From NCBI GenBank assembly GCA_945905295.1, contig CAMDPX010000006.1, positions 22-64,021 on the forward strand: DNA of 64,000 nucleotides. The letters run 5' to 3'. This document shows, one piece after another, positions 45,698 to 55,280 of this stretch. Both the position numbers and the translations under genes were made by a program. The stretch's first letter is position 1. Every line of letters starts with the position of its first letter. The notes under the pieces are model-generated. The model was not told where the DNA came from, did not search any database, and worked only from the letters and a program-made list of their open reading frames with translations. This stretch comes from Planctomyces sp. SH-PL62. GTDB lineage: Bacteria > Planctomycetota > Planctomycetia > Planctomycetales > Planctomycetaceae.

Positions 45698-48412
45698 TCA
45701 TTCCACATACAAGAAGCGATTTGAACTGAGCAGTGATTGGCACAACAGGGCGAACGCCTGCCGAGCTGGATCGGGGGGAGGCGCGGTGTTGGGCGGTATC
45801 GTTGGCGGCGGAGTCTTCGGCCGGAAGACCTCGGTCTGCGCTGTGACGAAGGCGACCGCTTCGGCGGATTCGGCTTCGGTCGGATCGGTTCCGAAGACCA
45901 GTCGCCACGCCAGCACGATTTGCGATTTCACATCCGGTCCGGCGGCGGTGGCGATTCGCTCGGCCAAGGCGTGCGAGTGGTCTTGCACGAACTCGCTGTT
46001 CATCAGGAAGAGCGATTGCGGCGAGACGGTCGAAGAGTTTCGCTGCGGGCAATTCGGGTCGAGCACCGGCGGGTCGAACGGGTCCATCACGCTGAGCGGC
46101 CGGCTGCGACGGACTTGCACGTAGAGACTGCGGCGGAATTCCTCGCCGTTGAGCGGCACGAGTTTGTCGGGGACGCCGTTGCCGTTGATGTTGTCGATGC
46201 CGAGCACGAATTGACCGATCTCGTCCTGCATCACCGGCACTGGTTTGCCGCCGAGTTTGGCGTTCAGCTTGCCGCTGATCGCGAGTGTCGCGTCGCGAAC
46301 TTCCTCGGCCTGCAATCGACGCAACGGAAAGTGACTGAGCAAGCGATTGTCGGGATCAACGGTGTCTGAGGCAGCCGTGCGCGACGACGATTGACGATAG
46401 GCGGTCGACAACAGCATCTGGCGATGAAGCGACTTCAGCCGCCAACCGCTCGCGACGAAATCGTTGGCCAGCCAATCGAGCAGTTCGGGATGCGAAGGCC
46501 GCTCACCTTGCACGCCGAAGTCGGCGGGAGTGCCGACCAAGCCCCGGCCGAAGTGCTGCATCCACACGCGATTCACGAGCACTCGCGCCAGCATCGGGTG
46601 TTGGCCGGTAGTGAGCCAGCGGGCATAGGCGAGACGTCGGCCGCTGGTTGGGAGCGCTGGGTCGTCCACCGGTATCTGGCGAGCGGGGGGCGTCAGCCCC
46701 CCGGTGCTTTGATCGCTGTCTGAAACCACCGGGGTGCTGACGCCCCCCGCTCGCCTGTGAGAAATGCTTTCGGCCAAGATCGTCAACTCGCCAGGCTCGA
46801 GTTGCTGCTTGGGCGCGAAGTGCTCGCCGCGCGAGAACAGAAACGTCGGCGGGATCACGTTCGGCGTTTCGTTGAGGACCATCAGAAACTCTTCCGGAGG
46901 CTTCGTGCCGCGCAGTTCGGTGGCTTGCTTGCTGAAGGCGTTGACCTCTTCCGCCGCCTTTCCGTCGTACAGCGGCAACGTGCCGCCGTTGACGTTGATG
47001 CTGGGGTGATCCTTCAACAACGCTTTTTGTTCGGGCGTCCGTTTGGCCTCTGGCGTGTTGTGAGCCGTTCGCAACGAGTCGCGCAGCTCTTCCGGCTTCT
47101 TGAGGAGTTCACGTTCCAGGATGCGCTGAATGTGTTCGTCGAGTTTCTTCTGGCGATCGGCGTCGATCTTCGCGGCGCTGGCTTCAATCTCGGCCGCCTT
47201 CGTGCGATCGGCGTCGGTGTAGAGCGTCACCAATCTCCCGTTCGGCACACGCCAGTGTTTCCAATCGTAGGCTGGCTCGAAGATCGCGCGGAAGCGGTAG
47301 TAGTCCGCTTGTGTGATTGGGTCGTACCGGTGGTCGTGGCACTGAGAACATCCCAGGCTCAGCCCCAGCAGTGAGGTCGCGACTGTCTTGATCGTTTCCG
47401 CCATCACCGCATTTCGCGCGATGTTTTGATCGACCGCACCGGAAGCGGTGCCGTCGGGAGCCATCCGCAGGAAGCCGGTGGCGGCGAGCTTGTCGAGGTT
47501 CTCCGCCGAGAGGTTCGCGTGCGGCAGCGGCACCAGTTCGTCGCCGGCCAGTTGTTCGAGCAAGAACTCATCGAAGGGCTTGTCGTTGTTGAACGCGCGA
47601 ATCACGTAGTCGCGATACTTGAAGGACCACGCTCGCACCGGGTCTTCGTCGGTATAGCCATCCGAGTCGGCATAGCCGGCGACGTCGAGCCAATGCCGTC
47701 CCCAGCGCTCTCCGTAGCGCGGCGACGCAAGCAGTCGGTCGATCAATCGCTCGAAGGCATCCGGCTCTGAGTCATTGGCGAACTCTTCCACCTCATCGGG
47801 CGTGGGGGGCAGACCGAGCAGGTCCAAGGTCGCTCGGCGAATCAGCGTGCGGCGGTCGGCTTCGGAGGTGAACGAGAGTTGTTTGGCTTCGAACTGCGAC
47901 AGCAAAAACGAATCGATCGGTCTCTCGGCAGGCCGTCGCCCACCGTCTCGCGATGCGAGCGGGATCTGCGGTCGAACAACCGGTTGGAACGCCCAGTGGT
48001 TTCGTTCCTCCGCGGTGAAGAGGCTCTCTTCGGGCCGCTCCGGTTCCGGAGCGGCGATCTTCGCGCCGCCAGCGATCCAGCGACGTAAGAGATCTCGCTC
48101 GGCGGGAGTCAGCTTGCGTTCGACAGGCGGCATCTCGCCAGATTCGATTCGCTTCAGCAATAAACTTTGATCGGGCTGACCGGGGCTGATGGCCGGTCCT
48201 GTCTCGCCACCTTTTTCGAGCAGCCTCTTCAGTCGGACATCGAGCTTTGCTTCGGTCTTGCCCGCTTCACCGTGACATTGAAAACAGTGAGCTTTCAAAA
48301 TCGGACGGACGTGCTTTTCAAACGTCAACTCCGGGGTGTCGGCCGCGAACGCCGACAGCGACGTTGCCATCCAGCACAGCCCCAACAAACTACGAATCGC
48401 AATACGAGTCAT
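45698..48412 (-). CDS. PSCyt1 / DUF1549 / DUF1553 domain protein, secreted
   Basis: Start at the ATG at 48412 (MTRIAIRSLLGLCWMATSLSAFA). FEKHVRPILKAHCFQCHG, RRATLDLLGLPPT, CSQCHDHRYDP. Confidence 0.9.
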   Translation of the reverse strand: MTRIAIRSLLGLCWMATSLSAFAADTPELTFEKHVRPILKAHCFQCHGEAGKTEAKLDVRLKRLLEKGGETGPAISPGQPDQSLLLKRIESGEMPPVERKLTPAERDLLRRWIAGGAKIAAPEPERPEESLFTAEERNHWAFQPVVRPQIPLASRDGGRRPAERPIDSFLLSQFEAKQLSFTSEADRRTLIRRATLDLLGLPPTPDEVEEFANDSEPDAFERLIDRLLASPRYGERWGRHWLDVAGYADSDGYTDEDPVRAWSFKYRDYVIRAFNNDKPFDEFLLEQLAGDELVPLPHANLSAENLDKLAATGFLRMAPDGTASGAVDQNIARNAVMAETIKTVATSLLGLSLGCSQCHDHRYDPITQADYYRFRAIFEPAYDWKHWRVPNGRLVTLYTDADRTKAAEIEASAAKIDADRQKKLDEHIQRILERELLKKPEELRDSLRTAHNTPEAKRTPEQKALLKDHPSINVNGGTLPLYDGKAAEEVNAFSKQATELRGTKPPEEFLMVLNETPNVIPPTFLFSRGEHFAPKQQLEPGELTILAESISHRRAGGVSTPVVSDSDQSTGGLTPPARQIPVDDPALPTSGRRLAYARWLTTGQHPMLARVLVNRVWMQHFGRGLVGTPADFGVQGERPSHPELLDWLANDFVASGWRLKSLHRQMLLSTAYRQSSSRTAASDTVDPDNRLLSHFPLRRLQAEEVRDATLAISGKLNAKLGGKPVPVMQDEIGQFVLGIDNINGNGVPDKLVPLNGEEFRRSLYVQVRRSRPLSVMDPFDPPVLDPNCPQRNSSTVSPQSLFLMNSEFVQDHSHALAERIATAAGPDVKSQIVLAWRLVFGTDPTEAESAEAVAFVTAQTEVFRPKTPPPTIPPNTAPPPDPARQAFALLCQSLLSSNRFLYVE
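46678..46755. repeat. intragenic REP family E element (78 bp) inside the DUF1553 CDS
   Basis: Arms GGCGAGCGGGGGGCGTCAGCCCCCCGGTG and CACCGGGGTGCTGACGCCCCCCGCTCGCC match at 28 of 29 positions. Translated in frame as ...RRAGGVSTPVVSDSDQSTGGLTPPAR... Confidence 0.85.
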
Positions 48413-48511
48413 CTGCAAGTGCTCCCACAAAGGCCATGGGACACTGTAAATGCCGTCGACGGGGCATGACAGTCCTCGACTTGTCTGCCTGCTGACCCGC
48501 CCCGGTACGCC

Positions 48512-49057
48512 TTAGCGTTGCATCTCGGCCAGGATCGCTTGCTCAAGATCCGCATCGCGGCCGAGCGCAATCCAACCGGACGGGCTGCTTTGCCCAACGA
48601 CGACATTGAGATCGCGTTCCAGCGGCGTGTTCTTGCGGAACGTCGCGGCCCCGGCGGTATTCTCGGCCACGCCCAGCAGGTCTTCCTGCTCTTTGAACGC
48701 TTCGACTCCGACCAGGTAGCCACCTTCCACCGGCGTGAGATCCACGCGGACTTTGCGACGGATGGATTGCAGCGTGCTTTCCATGCGGTTGTACGCGCCG
48801 ACCGAATCGCCATGCCACGGTTCCAACACGTTTGAGCCGACGCGATAGCCCGTCTCGATCACGCCATCCAACCGGTTCTCGCGAGCGATCGGGAAATGAA
48901 AGTCATGCAGCGCATCGACCGTCCGCTCCCAGGCCGAGTGCTGCGAGTTCGCCGGCACGAACACCGGGTTCGACACGATCATCGGACGCGACGATGCGCA
49001 GCCCGACAACAATGTCAGCAGCAGCAAACACCAACTGGAAAATCGGGCAATCGACAT
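48512..49057 (-). CDS. lipoprotein, function unknown
   Basis: Start at the ATG at 49057. MSIARFSSWCLLLLTLLSGCASS has a lipobox. Confidence 0.65.
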   Translation of the reverse strand: MSIARFSSWCLLLLTLLSGCASSRPMIVSNPVFVPANSQHSAWERTVDALHDFHFPIARENRLDGVIETGYRVGSNVLEPWHGDSVGAYNRMESTLQSIRRKVRVDLTPVEGGYLVGVEAFKEQEDLLGVAENTAGAATFRKNTPLERDLNVVVGQSSPSGWIALGRDADLEQAILAEMQR

Positions 49058-49217
49058 GGAAAGACTCGCGCGGAAGAAGTGCTCGCGCCAGAGGGACGGA
49101 ATGGGGGGCGGAATGTCGCAGCACTTCCCAAACCGGTAAAGACGAGTTTCGCCGTCGCGAAGAGGCAAAACAGAATCCTGTTTCACAGAACGATGAAAGC
49201 CGACGGCAGGATTCCAA

Positions 49218-50564
49218 CTACACCAACTCGCGCATTGGCTCGCGGTGCTCGACCAGGTATTGCGGCCGCCCGGTGGGATCAATCAGCGTCGTCGAGCGGG
49301 GGTCAATTCCCAGGTTGTGGTAGATCGTGGCGATGATCTCCTGCATGTGCGTCGGGCGGTCTTTGGCGACTTCGCCCAGACGGTTCGTGCAACCAATCGC
49401 CTGACCGGTGCGCATTCCGCCGCCGGCGAGCAACGCACAACTGACTTGCGGCCAATGATCGCGGCCCGCACCCGGATTGATGCGCGGCGTGCGGCCGAAC
49501 TCACCCCAGACGACGACCGTCACATCGTCAAGCATTCCGCGTTCTTCAAGATCTTGCACCAGCGCGGTGACGGCTTGATCGAGCTTGCCACCATGATCGC
49601 GGACCAATTGGAAATTCTGCCCGTGGCTGTCCCAGCGGCCGAACGTCAGAGTCACGCAACGGACCCCCGCCTCAACCAATCGGCGAGCCATCAGCAAGTG
49701 ATCGTTGCAGGTCGGAGCACCGTCGTACTGAAATTGGTAGGGCTTGCCGTCGCCGTACTTGGCTCGAACCAGCGGGTCTTCCTTCGAGACATCGAGCGCG
49801 TCGGCCAGCTTGCTGGAAGTCAGCACGCCGAACGCCGCTTGATTGAACGCATCGAGTCCTCGCAACATGCCGCTCGCGTCCGCTTCGCGCTTGAGCAGAT
49901 CGAGTCCGCCGAGCAATGACTTGCGGTCTTGCAGACGGTCGAGCGTCACGCCGTTGAGCGTCAAATCGGCCATGCCCTGCCCGTCCGGCTTGAAGGACTG
50001 ACAGGTCGCACCGAGAAAACCAGGACCACCCGGTTCGGACCACGGCACATGTTGAGTCTTGGCCGCGAGAGCCACGAATGGCGGCATGGAGCGAGTGACC
50101 GGGCCTTGCAGTTTCGTCACCACGGCACCGATGCTTGGCCGGCCGCCGATGGAACGATCTTGGTTCCGATTCCAACCGCTCAGACATTGATAGCCGTCGT
50201 GGTTATCGACGCAGCCGACCACGGCGCGAACGGCCACGAACTTGTCGAACGCCGCCGCGATGCGAGGGAACGCCTCGCCGATTTGGATGCCGGGAACCTT
50301 GGTGTTGATCGGCTCGAACTCGCCTCGAATCTCTTTCGGAGCGTCGGTTTTTATTTCCCACATGTCCTGGTGCGGAGGACCGCCACCAAGAAAGACATTG
50401 ATGACCGACTTGTGCTGATTCGTGGTCTCGCTGCCGGTCGCTCGCATCACGTCGGCCAAGCTGAAGCCGCCGGCGGCTCCCAACGAAAAACCGCCGATCT
50501 TCAAAAAGCTGCGGCGGTTGACTCCATCACAGTATTTCTGGCGGCGTCCGAAGAGTGTGAGCAT
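49218..50564 (-). CDS. DUF1501 domain protein (no adjacent DUF1553 partner)
   Basis: Start at the ATG at 50564 (MLTLFGRRQKYCDGVNRRSFLKIGG). WGEFGRTPR, GRDHWP. Confidence 0.85.
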   Translation of the reverse strand: MLTLFGRRQKYCDGVNRRSFLKIGGFSLGAAGGFSLADVMRATGSETTNQHKSVINVFLGGGPPHQDMWEIKTDAPKEIRGEFEPINTKVPGIQIGEAFPRIAAAFDKFVAVRAVVGCVDNHDGYQCLSGWNRNQDRSIGGRPSIGAVVTKLQGPVTRSMPPFVALAAKTQHVPWSEPGGPGFLGATCQSFKPDGQGMADLTLNGVTLDRLQDRKSLLGGLDLLKREADASGMLRGLDAFNQAAFGVLTSSKLADALDVSKEDPLVRAKYGDGKPYQFQYDGAPTCNDHLLMARRLVEAGVRCVTLTFGRWDSHGQNFQLVRDHGGKLDQAVTALVQDLEERGMLDDVTVVVWGEFGRTPRINPGAGRDHWPQVSCALLAGGGMRTGQAIGCTNRLGEVAKDRPTHMQEIIATIYHNLGIDPRSTTLIDPTGRPQYLVEHREPMRELV

Positions 50565-50689
50565 GATGACTTCGTTCGGGAAAAGGCGGGAAATCTCGGT
50601 TGGTGGGTGAAGGACGGTATCGGTCATATCAGCAGCCGTCAATTGATGAAAACCGTCGACGACGGCCACAAATCCTGTTCGGCGCGAAC

Positions 50690-50783
50690 TAACCCGAAGC
50701 GTCAGCGAGGGCGAACGCTTAATACGGCCAGGATTCGGAGATTGAACCAGTGAAGCATTCGCCCTCGCTGGCGCGGCGGGTTA
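50690..50783. repeat. palindromic element (TAACCCGAAGCGTCAGCGAGGGCGAA ... TTCGCCCTCGCTGGCGCGGCGGGTTA)
   Basis: Imperfect about 26-nt arms in a divergent intergenic region. Confidence 0.8.
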
Positions 50784-50804
50784 GTTTACGAGGGATTTTG
50801 CAAA

Positions 50805-51293
50805 ATGCTTGGACAACCATTTGACCGGAAAGGAATCGCCATGAGTCAGCCACAACCGGAACCGATTGATCCCGTGAAGCTGCCGGTCCTCGCCCGTGCC
50901 GTCATCGCGGCCGATCACTTTCCGTACTTGGCCACCATCGACGGCAATCAACCGCGGGTGCGACCGGTTTCCCCTGTGCGAACGGACGGCTTCACCGTCT
51001 ACGTCGCGAACCTCCGCATGTACCACAAGACGGCCGAGATCGCCGCGAACCCGAACGTCGAGCTGTGCTATCTCGATGACAAGCATGACCAAGTCCGCAT
51101 CACCGGCGTTGCGGAGATCGTCACCGAACGGCCCCTCCTGAAAGAAATCTGGGACGCGAATCCGCTGCTCCGTCAGTACCTCGGCAGCTTGGAGAACCCG
51201 GCTCTGATCGTGTACCGCATCCGACCACAGCAAGTCCGCTTCATGCGCGAGTGGGCGTTGAATTACCACGACGTGCCACGACCTCATTGGTGA
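50805..51293 (+). CDS. pyridoxamine 5'-phosphate oxidase-family (general stress protein 26-like) protein
   Basis: FPYLATIDGNQPRVRPVSP...VYVANLRMYHKTAEIAANPNVELCY is typical of the split-barrel FMN-binding family. The start could instead be 50841. Confidence 0.7.
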   Translation: MLGQPFDRKGIAMSQPQPEPIDPVKLPVLARAVIAADHFPYLATIDGNQPRVRPVSPVRTDGFTVYVANLRMYHKTAEIAANPNVELCYLDDKHDQVRITGVAEIVTERPLLKEIWDANPLLRQYLGSLENPALIVYRIRPQQVRFMREWALNYHDVPRPHW

Positions 51294-51372
51294 CTTGAAG
51301 GAACTCAGATGACTTCAGAAGGTCGCTGATCTTTGCCTGGTTAAGTGCTCGCATTGTCGGATCTTCGCGGTT

Positions 51373-53553
51373 TCACTGTTGCAGGTTGCACCAACGTTGC
51401 AGCAGTTCGCGTTTGCCGCCGGAGAGGTCGCGGGTGATCGGCATGTAGATCGTCGAACCCCAGTTGCTGGCGTCGGTGAAGTTCAGGATGTTCGAGGCGA
51501 ACGCTTTGACTTCTGCGGGATTATTTGGCGCGTTGTCCGGGCCCCAGGGGATGACCTTCGACATGATCGGGTACATCACCGAAAACAAGCTGAAGACGTT
51601 CGCATAGATGAAGTCCCAGTTGTTGATTTGCTGGTCGGTGAATTGGCGGAAGTCGTCGAACGGCAGAATCCGGATGTTGGTGTAATCGACGTTGTCCCAG
51701 CCGAAGTTGGGAAGCGGTGGTGGCTGAATCAGCGGATTGACGAAACGAATCATGCTGACGCCGGGGCGCAGCGCGGTGATGTTCAACGTCAGACGCCCGC
51801 CCGGCGGCACGGTGATTTGATCGGTGAGGACATAAGTCGGACCGGGAGGTCCATTCATGAACGGCGACGGATATTCGGTCGGCGTGATCGGCATGGCTCC
51901 CTCGACCATGAAGTAGCGATCGACGACGGGCACCTGTGGCTTGTCGGGATTGATGAGATTCTTCTGGCACATCCAGTACTCCAGATTGAGGGTCGTGGAC
52001 ATCGTCGGTGCCACTCCTTTTTCGAAGACTTGGATCGTGACCTGCGAGGTTCCCGGTTGCGAAGATTTCGGAGTCGGGACTCGCGCGTCGAAGTAGACGG
52101 CGCGGTTGTCGGTTTGGACGTCGATGCTGGGGACTTCCAACAGCAGATTGTTATTCGTGGGGGAGCCCACCTGTTGGATGGCCAACCGGCCGGTCGCGAT
52201 GTTGGCGTTGATGGTCGCTCGGTTCGCGTTGTTGGCGTAGGGAATATCGAGCACTCCTCCGCCATTCTGGTAAAGCGTGGCATCCAGGTAGGGAATCGTG
52301 CCGACCGTCACCGATTGCTCCGCGCCCGTGTTATCGGTGTAGAACAAAGCGAGATTCATCGTCCCCAGGAAGTACTTCGTCCCTGACTTCGGAGCGGACT
52401 CCGGGAACGTGCTGATGCAATCGAGCGACACGACGTTGTTGGCCGTATCGACCTGAGCCAGCGAGACCCCCAAGACGGCCTTTTGTTGAGTGTCGTCGGC
52501 CTTCAACGGCGCGGTCCGTTTGGCTTTGTAGGTGGCGAGCGTGGCGGTCGCCTTCTTCTTGGCCGAGTGCTGAGCAACCGTTAAGAGATTGGAAGGAGGC
52601 GTGTACGAGTACGGCAACTGAATTTGCAATTTGCGGCCCGGAGGAGCCGACGCCAATTCGTTCTTCCCCCAGACCCCAATCGAGCCGAGGACGTTGCCGA
52701 CATACGGATTGGCGACGTATTGCCCTTCGGAAAACTGCTTGTGCAAATCGGTCGCGGGGACGTTGAAGATCGCGTCGTAAAAACAGTAGCGGACCATCAG
52801 CCCCTGCCCGGCCGCCGCCTTCTGTTTCAACTCATCCAAAGCGGGAGAATTGAAACCTGCCGGCGCGAAAAACTGAATCGAGCTGTTGAGGCACGAGAAC
52901 TGAAAGATGGCGGAAACCCCCTCGAAGCCTTTGCAGGCCGGGTTGAGGTTCTTGTGCGGATTGATGTAGTAGGCATAGGCGGGCGACGGATCATTGAGCG
53001 CCAGCACCGGCACCTTCTTGCCGTTCTGCATCACCGAGACCAGCAACTGCCCCGAGAAGATCTGACTGGTGACAAGGGCATACGGATCAACGTCGACCAG
53101 CACCGCGCCGCGCCGTCGCTGATAGAAGACGTCACCCAGCAGCTCAACCGTCGCCTTGAGCAGCGGGTCGGTTCCCGGTGTCGATTGGTAATTGGAGAGG
53201 ACGGCTCCGCTGATCGTCGTTTGCTCGAACGTCGTGTTGTGATCGCCGTAGTAATTCCAGTGAGCTTGCTGGCCGAAGCAAGCGCCTCCTTCGCAGTCCT
53301 CGTTGACGCCGGGCGTGGTGATCAAGCCCATCAGCCAGTTGCGCAGATTCGGGTTGTCTTGCGGACTGCTCCAGGAAAACGTGTCTTGCCCCGCCGGAGC
53401 CACCGCTTTGCCCTGGGGAATCAGCGTCATTTGCGGCTTGAGCTTGACGTTGTCCACGTCAAACACGTCCGCCAGATCATTGTTGGTGGTGGTGGCGGCG
53501 TTGGCTTTCACGGTTCCAAAAAATGACAGGCGTGGGGGCGCGATGTAGCTCAT
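51373..53553 (-). CDS. 726-aa hypothetical protein, no signal peptide, N/Q/T/Y/P-rich
   Basis: Start at the ATG at 53553 (MSYIAPPRLSFFGTVKANAATTTNND...). Long uninterrupted ORF with coding-like periodicity and no motif I recognise. GC is about 52-59% in spot counts. Confidence 0.65.
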   Translation of the reverse strand: MSYIAPPRLSFFGTVKANAATTTNNDLADVFDVDNVKLKPQMTLIPQGKAVAPAGQDTFSWSSPQDNPNLRNWLMGLITTPGVNEDCEGGACFGQQAHWNYYGDHNTTFEQTTISGAVLSNYQSTPGTDPLLKATVELLGDVFYQRRRGAVLVDVDPYALVTSQIFSGQLLVSVMQNGKKVPVLALNDPSPAYAYYINPHKNLNPACKGFEGVSAIFQFSCLNSSIQFFAPAGFNSPALDELKQKAAAGQGLMVRYCFYDAIFNVPATDLHKQFSEGQYVANPYVGNVLGSIGVWGKNELASAPPGRKLQIQLPYSYTPPSNLLTVAQHSAKKKATATLATYKAKRTAPLKADDTQQKAVLGVSLAQVDTANNVVSLDCISTFPESAPKSGTKYFLGTMNLALFYTDNTGAEQSVTVGTIPYLDATLYQNGGGVLDIPYANNANRATINANIATGRLAIQQVGSPTNNNLLLEVPSIDVQTDNRAVYFDARVPTPKSSQPGTSQVTIQVFEKGVAPTMSTTLNLEYWMCQKNLINPDKPQVPVVDRYFMVEGAMPITPTEYPSPFMNGPPGPTYVLTDQITVPPGGRLTLNITALRPGVSMIRFVNPLIQPPPLPNFGWDNVDYTNIRILPFDDFRQFTDQQINNWDFIYANVFSLFSVMYPIMSKVIPWGPDNAPNNPAEVKAFASNILNFTDASNWGSTIYMPITRDLSGGKRELLQRWCNLQQ

Positions 53554-53565
53554 GAGAGATTCCTT

Positions 53566-53644
53566 GTGGCGCACGCGGCTCGCGTGCGAGAGAGTGAATT
53601 GTGAGAGTGAAGCGAATCAGACGCACGCGAGCCGCGTGCGCCAC
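53566..53644. repeat. palindromic element (GTGGCGCACGCGGCTCGCGTGCG ... CGCACGCGAGCCGCGTGCGCCAC)
   Basis: Perfect 23-nt arms. Fills most of the 105-bp spacer between the two co-directional unknown genes. Confidence 0.9.
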
Positions 53645-53658
53645 AAGCGGTGCCGCGA

Positions 53659-54951
53659 TTACTTCTTGAGTGGGCCTTGGCCCTTCTTCAACGCGCTCGC
53701 CTTCGGCTGAGCTTCTCGCAGCGACCAGACGTGGTCCATCTGCTTGAAGGTCATGTTCGGCGCGAGCTGCTTCGCAATCGCCGGAAAATCCACGTTGCCG
53801 ACGCGGCCCCAGATGCCGTCCGTTTGCGTCTCCCAAAAATTCAGCCGGTGCATTTTGCGAGGGCCAATGTTGGCCATCTCGTGACAACTGATGCAGGACG
53901 ACGTCTGCGGGAAATACGTTTCGATATTCATGTTGGCCAGCAACGTCGGCTGGTTGTTGGAGTCCGTGAACTGGTACTGCCAGCCGATGATTTGATAGTT
54001 CGCCCACTTGGTGCCGGCCAGCAACTGTTGCATCTTTTGGTTGTACGGCCCAACGATCGGATTCATCGTCGGGTTCGGCCCGACCGGCTCTTTCGATTTC
54101 TGTTGCAGGAAGTAACGGGATGTGTCCTTGGCGATATCGACTTGCTCGTAGGTCATCCAGAACCAATCGGGAAGCGCCTTGCTGATGACGTGAATCGCCG
54201 TCAATCCAATCCGAGCGTAGGTGAGTTGCTGGTTGTCGTCGTAGAACGCGCCGTAGGCCGTCCAGAATTTCGAGGTGTCGTCATCTGCGTCGAGAATTCG
54301 CCAAGACGCTTTGACCTCCATCGCTTCAACCGGGAAATTGAAATTGAACTTCGGGTCTGCCAGCGCCAGCTCCTGGCCATCAATGTTGAACAGCTCGTAC
54401 CCAGCGGGGTTCTTGGCCACATAGTTGAAATGTTCGAGGTTGTTGCGGACGTCGTAGCGGATGACTCGCGACTCGGGATCGACGACTTGTTGGCCGTCGA
54501 TCATGCGACTCTCGGAGAGGAAATGAATCCAAGTCGAATCGACGGGGCCCAGCAACTGCTTGAGCTGCGCGAGCGTCGGCTGCTTCGAGGGATCACCGGG
54601 GATTTCGCAGACGGTGTTCCAATCGCACGGCGTGCTGCCGTCGGGCCGATAAATCTCCGACACGTTCTTCCACGATTCCCAAACCGTCGCGACCGGAGCA
54701 CCAATCTGGTTTTTGCCGTCGGGCAGTCCACGCTCACCCGGCGTGGCGGGCCAATTGACGATCAGGAACGCGTCCATCGTCGCCTCGGCCAAGTCGGCGG
54801 GAGGGATGTTGTCCTTCCCCTTCAGCTTCAACCGAAAGTCCTTCGGCCGTTGCAGCTTCTTTTGCGCCTCCTGTGCCGTCACGGTCATCGGCATCGGCGT
54901 CAGCACCAAGCAACCCAGTAGCAACCAACCCAGACGGTTTCGGCCCTTCAT
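53659..54951 (-). CDS. 430-aa secreted hypothetical protein with a C-terminal CXXCH motif
   Basis: Start at the ATG at 54951 (MKGRNRLGWLLLGCLVLTPMPMTVTAQEA). Motif QTSSCISCHEMANIG. No other family recognised. Confidence 0.65.
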   Translation of the reverse strand: MKGRNRLGWLLLGCLVLTPMPMTVTAQEAQKKLQRPKDFRLKLKGKDNIPPADLAEATMDAFLIVNWPATPGERGLPDGKNQIGAPVATVWESWKNVSEIYRPDGSTPCDWNTVCEIPGDPSKQPTLAQLKQLLGPVDSTWIHFLSESRMIDGQQVVDPESRVIRYDVRNNLEHFNYVAKNPAGYELFNIDGQELALADPKFNFNFPVEAMEVKASWRILDADDDTSKFWTAYGAFYDDNQQLTYARIGLTAIHVISKALPDWFWMTYEQVDIAKDTSRYFLQQKSKEPVGPNPTMNPIVGPYNQKMQQLLAGTKWANYQIIGWQYQFTDSNNQPTLLANMNIETYFPQTSSCISCHEMANIGPRKMHRLNFWETQTDGIWGRVGNVDFPAIAKQLAPNMTFKQMDHVWSLREAQPKASALKKGQGPLKK

Positions 54952-54985
54952 GAAGTGACTCCTTGATGAATTTTTCAGCCGGAAC

Positions 54986-55057
54986 GCGCTAGCGTCCGGT
55001 TCGGAGACAAAAACCAACATCGAACACATCAACCAACGACTAACCGGACGCTAGCGC
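54986..55057. repeat. inverted repeat GCGCTAGCGTCCGGTT ... AACCGGACGCTAGCGC
   Basis: Perfect 16-nt arms. The right arm is the terminal segment of MITE-like copy B. Confidence 0.85.
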
Positions 55058-55190
55058 CACAGATCGCAATTGAATTGTCATGGAGCCCTAAAGTCCCCAC
55101 GGATGGCATGGCAATACCACGGATGAAAAACGAGAAGCCCTGTTTTATCCGTGGTATCGCCATGCCATCCGCGGGGATCATCGGTCTAAA
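55042..55190 (-). mobile_element. MITE-like about 150-bp element, copy B (inverted relative to copy A)
   Basis: The reverse complement aligns with 13846..13996 over its whole length. Differences cluster in the about 7-nt centre of the hairpin loop. Confidence 0.8.
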
Positions 55191-55280
55191 CAAAATTTTT
55201 ACATTTTGATCAGTAGGCCACCAGCGATGGCTCTGGTGGAAGGTCAATTCTGACCTGTGGCACTAGCGCGTTGAGGCTGA

